NCBI RefSeq assembly: GCF_039654945.1 | Contig: NW_027361804.1 | Coordinates: 7,316,001 to 7,380,000 of the forward strand | DNA from: Dendrobates tinctorius | Taxonomy: Eukaryota | DNA length: 64,000 nt | Direction: 5' to 3' | Shown here: one piece after another, positions 58,294-64,000 of the stretch | Position numbering within the stretch: position 1 is the stretch's first letter | Layout of the letters: each line of letters begins with the position of its first letter | Translations under genes and position numbers: made by a program | The notes under the pieces: model-generated | What the model was told of the DNA's origin: nothing | Seen by the model: the letters and a program-made list of their open reading frames with translations, nothing else | Databases searched by the model: none

Positions 58294-59649
58294 CTTTGTC
58301 ACCATAAATGGAAGGGGGCCCAGACATATTCCTTGCACAGGGGCCCCAAGCGGTCAGTGTCCACCCCTGGCCAGATGTGTCTGTGTTGTAATATCTGAGT
58401 TCTGGCTGGAGAAGTTGACATGTCAGTCTGGGCCAGATGGGAAAAGTGAATGATGCCACCATGAAGAACATCAGCTGTAAGTCACCATCAATAACTGTAA
58501 TCTCCAATATGATCTGCAGCACTGGTATCTACTATTATCTCCTATTATATGGTCACCAGCAGTAATATCAGTCTTGGTCTTTGTATAGAGACTTTTTTAG
58601 TAACAGCACAGACATCCGCTGAGGTTCACCTACAGCCACTATGAGGATGTGCCACCATAGTTGAAATCACGGTTACCTGGTTAGGACCCCACTCAGAAGT
58701 GTCGTCCCCCTCTCAACCAAACCCCTAGCTACGCCTCTGGTGTGGGCCGCATGATGACTCTCTAAAAATTATGAGCGGGGGGGCTGCAAGATCACCCTGT
58801 TGATATGATGGAGGAGGAGGACAAGAAAAAAACAATATGAACCATGTACTTTTTTGGGGGTGGGAAAGGGTGCATGGCAATACATCAGAACAAACAAAAG
58901 TAACATTTGATTTAGTTTTATGTTCTGCTGTTCTCATCCAGTCATCTGGTTGGGCTGAGAAGTCTGGGACCTCGGCCTCTGCGTGCACCATCAGCAGCAC
59001 GTCCACTTGCCTGTCCCTTACCACATGCCTTGCATATTTTAAATTAGGTATATAATATATGCCTGTAAACTTTCTGGTATTAATAGAGAAAAGAAAATAT
59101 GTCGCCCTGAAAAGGACTTTTGTTTTTATACTACAGGACAAGTTTACCTATAGAAGGACTGTAAACCCTGCCTATATACCCCTAATCCAAACTATCCCTC
59201 CTCCACCAGCTATCCCTACAATGAATGCAGGTAACCACTTTTACTACAAAAAGGGCAGTATGTCGCCCTGAAAAGAACCATTATTTTAATGGTGCAGCAG
59301 CGGTGTACAAGTAATAACAATAGCAATTAAACCCTGCCTATATGCCTCCTCAAATCTAAGCTCTTTCTCCTAAATCAACTGTCCCTGTACTGCTTCCAGA
59401 GTGACAGTGTGCCAAACATTGCATCACCCAGTGGTATATAAGACCTGACTACGCGATGCGGATGGCTAATCACAGTAATGCCAGTACCCAACATGGCCAC
59501 GGCATTACCAAGAACATCAGGCAATCACCGTCTGTTTATTGCCTATCTAATAACTGTGAAACATGCGAGGCGGGGACTCGAGCACGCTTACTCATCACTA
59601 GTAACAATGTAAACTTCTCCTGACAGGATGATACCACAGTGTATACTAT

Positions 59650-62600
59650 AGGGGGCAGTATTATAGTAGTTATATTCTTGTACATAGGGGCAGTATTATA
59701 GTAGCTATATTCTTGTACAAAAGGAGCAGCATTATAGTAGTTATATTCTTGCACATAGGGGCAGTATTATAGTAGTTATATTCCTGTACATAGGGGCAGT
59801 ATTATAGTAGTTATATTCTTGTACATAGGGGACAGTATTATAGTAGTTATATTCTTGCACATAGGGGCAGTATTATAGTAGTTATATTCTTGTACATAGG
59901 AGCAGTATTATAGTAGTTATATTCTTGCACATAGGAGCAGTATAGTAGTTATATTCTTGTACATAGGGGGCAGTATTATAGTAGTTATATACTTGCACAT
60001 AGGGGCAGTATTATAGTAGTTATATTCCTGTACATAAGGGCAGTTTTATAGTAGTTATATTCTTGTACATAGGAGCAGTATTATAGTAGCTATATTCTTG
60101 TACATAGGAGCAGTATTATAGTAGCTATATTCTTGTACAAAAGAAGCAGTATTATAGTAGTTATATTCTTGCACATAGGGGCAGTATTATAGTAGTTATA
60201 TTCTTGTACATAGGAGCAGTATTATAGTAGTTATATTCCTGTACATAAGGGCAGTTTTATAGTAGTTATATTCTTGTACATAGAGGCAGAATTATAGTAG
60301 TTATATTCTTGTACAAAGGGAGCAGTATTATAGTAGTTATATTCCTGTACATAAGGGCAGTTTTATAGTAGTTATATTCTTGTACATAGGAGCAGTATTA
60401 TAGTAGTTATATTCTTGTACATAGGGGGCAGTATTATAGTAGTTATATTCTTGTACATGGGGGCAGTATTATAGTAGTTATATTCTTGTACATAGGGGCC
60501 GTATTATAGTAGTTATATTCTTGTACATAGGGGCAGTATTATAGTAGTTATATTCTTGTACATAGGGGCAGTATTATAGTAGTTATATTCTTGTACATAG
60601 GGGCAGTATTATAGTAGTTATATTCTTGTGCATAGGGGCAGTATTATAGTAGTTATATTCTTGCGCATAGGGGCAGTATTATAGTAGTTATATTCTTGTA
60701 CAGAGGAGGCAGTATTATAGTAGCTATATTCTTGTACATAGGAGCAGTAATATAGTAGTTATATTCTTGTACATAGGGGCAGTATTATAGTAGTTATATT
60801 CTTGTATATAGGAGCAGTATTATAGTAGTTATATTCTTGCACATAGGAGCAGTATTATAGTAGTTATATTCTTGTACATAGAGGCAGTACTATAGTAGTT
60901 ATATTCTTGTACATAGAGGCAGTATTATAGTAGTTATATTCTTGTACATAGGGGCAGTATTATAGTAGTTATATTCTTGTACAAAGGGAGCAGTATTATA
61001 GTAGTTATATTCTTGTACATAGGGGCAGTATTATAGTAGCTATATTCTTGTATATAGGGGCAGTATTATAGTAGTTATATTCTTGTACAGAGGAGCAGTA
61101 TTATTGTAGTTATATTCTTGTACATAAGGACAGTATTATAGTAGTTATATTCTTGTACAGAGGAGCAGTATTATAGTAGTTATATTCTTGCACATAGGAG
61201 CAGTATTATAGTAGTTATATTCTTGTACATAGGGGCAGTATTATAGTAGTTATATTCTTGTACATAGGGAGCCGTATTATAGTAGTTATATTCTTGTACA
61301 TAGCAGCAGTATTATAGTATATATTCTTGTACATAGGAGCAGTATTATAATAGTTATATTCTTGTATATAGGGGCAGTTTTATAGTAGTTATATTCTTGT
61401 ACATAGGGGGCAGTATTATAGTAGTTATATTCTTGTACATAGGGACAGTATTATAGTAGTTATATTCTTGTACATAGGAACAGTATTATAGTAGTTATAT
61501 TCCTGTACATAGGGAGCAGTATTATAGTAGTTATATTCTTGTACATAGGAGCAGTATTATAGTAGTTATATTGTTGTACATAGGAGTAGTTATATTCTTG
61601 TACATAGGGGGCAGTATTATAGTAGTTATATTCTTGTACATAGGGGGCAGTATTATAGTAGTTATATTCCTGTACATAGGGAGCAGTATTATAGTAGTTA
61701 TATTCTTGTACATAGGGAACAGTATTATAGTAGTTATTGTTGTACATAGGAGTAGTTATATTCTTGTACATAGGGAGCAGTATTATAGTAGTTATATTCT
61801 TGTATATAGCGGCAGTATTATAGTAGCTATATTTTTGCACATAGGAGCAGTATTATAGTAGTTATATTCTTGTACATAGGGGGCAGTATTATAGTAGTTT
61901 AATACTGCTCCCTATGTACAAGAATTGAACTACTATAATACTGCTCCCTATGTACAAGAATATAACTACTATAATTCTGCCCCCTCTGTACAAGAATATA
62001 ACTACTATAATTCTGCCCCCTATGTACAAGAATATAACTACTACAGTCATATGTTAAAGTTTGGGCACCCCTATTAATGTTAACCTTTTTTCTTTATAAC
62101 AATTTTGGTTTTTGTAACAGCTATTTCAGTTTCATATATCTAATAACTGATGGACTCAGTTATATTTCTGGATTCAAATGAGGTTTATTGTACTAACAGA
62201 AAATGTGCAATCTGCATTTAAACAAAATTTGACCGGTGCAAAAGTATGGGCACCCTTATCATTTTCTTGATTTGAACACTCCTAACTACTTTTTACTGAC
62301 TTCCTGAAGCACTAAATTGGTTTTGTAACCTCATTGAGCTTTGAACTTCATAGCCAGGTGTATCAAATCATGAGAAAAGGAATTTAAGGTGGCCACTTGC
62401 AAGTAGTTCTCCTATTTGATTCTCCTATGAAGAGTGGCATCATGGGCTCCTCAAAACAACTCTCAAATGATCTGAAAACAAAGATTATTCAACATAGCTT
62501 TTCAGGGGAAGGATACAAAAAGTTGTCTCAGAGATTTAACCTGTCAGTTTCCACTGTGGGGAACATAGTAAGGAAATGGAAGAACACAGGTACAGTTCTT

Positions 62601-64000
62601 GTTAAGCCCAGAAGTGGCAGGCCAAGAAAAATATCAGAAAGGCAGAGAAGAAGAATGGTGAGAACAGTCAAGGACAATCCACAGACCACCTCCAAAGACC
62701 TGCAGCATCATCTTGCTGCAGATGGTGTCACTGTGCATCGGTCAACAATACAGCGCACTTTGCACAAGGAGCAGCTGTATGGGAGAGTGATGCGAAAGAA
62801 GCCGTTTCTGCAAGCACGCCACAAACAGAGTCGCCTGAGGTATGCAAAAGCACATTTGGACAAGCCAGTTACATTTTGGAAGAAGGTCCTGTGGACTGAT
62901 GAAACAAAGATTGAGTTGTTTGGTCATACAAAAAGGCGTTATGCATGGAGGCTAAAAAACACAGCATTCCAAGAAAAACACTTGCTACCCACAGTAAAAT
63001 TTGGTGGAGGTTCCATCATGCTTTGGGGCTGTGTGGCCAATGCCGACACCAGGAATCTTGTTAAAGTTGAGGGTCGCATGGATTCAACTCAGTATCAGCA
63101 GATTCTTGACAATAATGTGCAAGAATCAGTGACGAAGTTGAAGTTACGCAGGGATGGATATTTCAGCAAGACAGTGATCCTAAACACCGCTCCAAATCTA
63201 TTCAGGCATTCATGCAGAGGAACAATTACAATGTTCTGGAATGGCCATCCCAGTCCCCAGACCTGAATATCATTGAACATCTGTGGGATGATTTGAAGCG
63301 GGCTGTCCATGCTCGGCGACCATCAAACTTAACTGAACTGGAATTGTTTTGTAAACAGGAATGGTCACAAATACCTTCATCCAGGATCCAGGAACTCATT
63401 AATAGCTACAGGAAGCGACTAGAGGCTGTTATTTTTGCAAAAGGAGGATCTACGAAATATTAATGTCACTTTTATGTTGAGGTGCCCATACTTTTGCACC
63501 GGTCAAATTTTGTTAAAATGCAGATTGCACATTTTCTGTTAGTACAATAAACCTCATTTGAATCCAGAAATATAACTGAGTCCATCAGTTAGTAGATATA
63601 TGAAACTGAAATAGCTGTTGCAAAAAACAAAATTGTTATAAAGAAAAAAGGTTAATATTAATAGGGGTGCCCAAACTTTAACATATGACTGTATAATACT
63701 GCCCCTATGTACAAGAATATAACTACTATAATACTGCTCCTATGTGCAAAAATATAACTACTATAATACTGCTCCCTCTGTACAAGAATTGTAGTAGTTA
63801 TATTCTTGTACATAGGAGACAGTATTATAGTAGTTATATTCTTGTACATAGGGGCAGTATTATAGTAGTTATATTCTTGTACATAGGAGCAGTATTATAG
63901 TAGTTATATTCTTGTACATAGGGGCAGTATTATAGTAGTTATATTCTTGTACATAGTGGGCAGTATTATAGTAGTTATATTCTTGTACATAGGGGGCAGT
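59650..64000. repeat. 35/36-bp satellite GGGGCAGTATTATAGTAGTTATATTCTTGTACATA with internal inversion and Tc1 insertion
   Basis: Forward 59650-61899, inverted 61900-63790, forward again to the window end. Confidence 0.96.
62044..63691 (+). mobile_element. Full-length Tc1 DD34E transposon with long (~210 bp) IR/DR TIRs; transposase has one frameshift
   Basis: CAGTCATATGTTAAAGTTTGGGCACCCC ends; TA TSD; ORFs 62397..63266 and 63212..63463; frameshift near 63150 (CGCAGGGATGG); WTDET, QQD, SPDLNIIE with 34 spacing. Confidence 0.95.

Larger units (their letters stand above)
56380..58369. mobile_element. Non-autonomous hAT element with internal purine-rich repeat
   Basis: Ends CATGGGCGGACA / TGTCCACCCCTG; 8-bp TSD GTCAGATG / GCCAGATG (7/8). 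Confidence 0.65.

Overview
Repeat-rich eukaryotic DNA, almost certainly a frog (anuran) genome; species not identifiable. Host genes, all on the minus strand: two tandem intronless TRIM25/finTRIM-like genes and a ~32-exon ovochymase (ovch1) polyprotease gene. The first TRIM is intact (RING-BB1-BB2-CC-PRY/SPRY). The second has a destroyed RING but a clean 584-codon RING-less ORF. ovch1 spans 17086-49805 (SP-protease1-CUB-CUB-protease2-CUB-CUB-CUB-protease3). Mobile DNA: (a) a 7.3-kb class I (gamma/epsilon-like) endogenous retrovirus with apparently identical 393-bp LTRs but deleted PR/RT, nested in the last bases of a solo LTR within an ovch1 intron; (b) an intact DD36E (Incomer-type) Tc1 transposon; (c) a near-intact DD34E IR/DR Tc1 and a fold-back copy of it; (d) CR1/L2 LINE fragments and hAT and Harbinger MITEs. 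There are at least nine minisatellites. Most notable observations: two oppositely oriented arrays of a 57-bp CTCF-motif repeat bracketing five in-frame ovch1 exons (insulator and/or circRNA geometry), a minisatellite born from the CR1 RT 'GVPQGSVLGP' motif, the young non-autonomous ERV with a small pre-gag transmembrane ORF, and the RING-less TRIM paralog. All calls were made by eye and no database searches were run.
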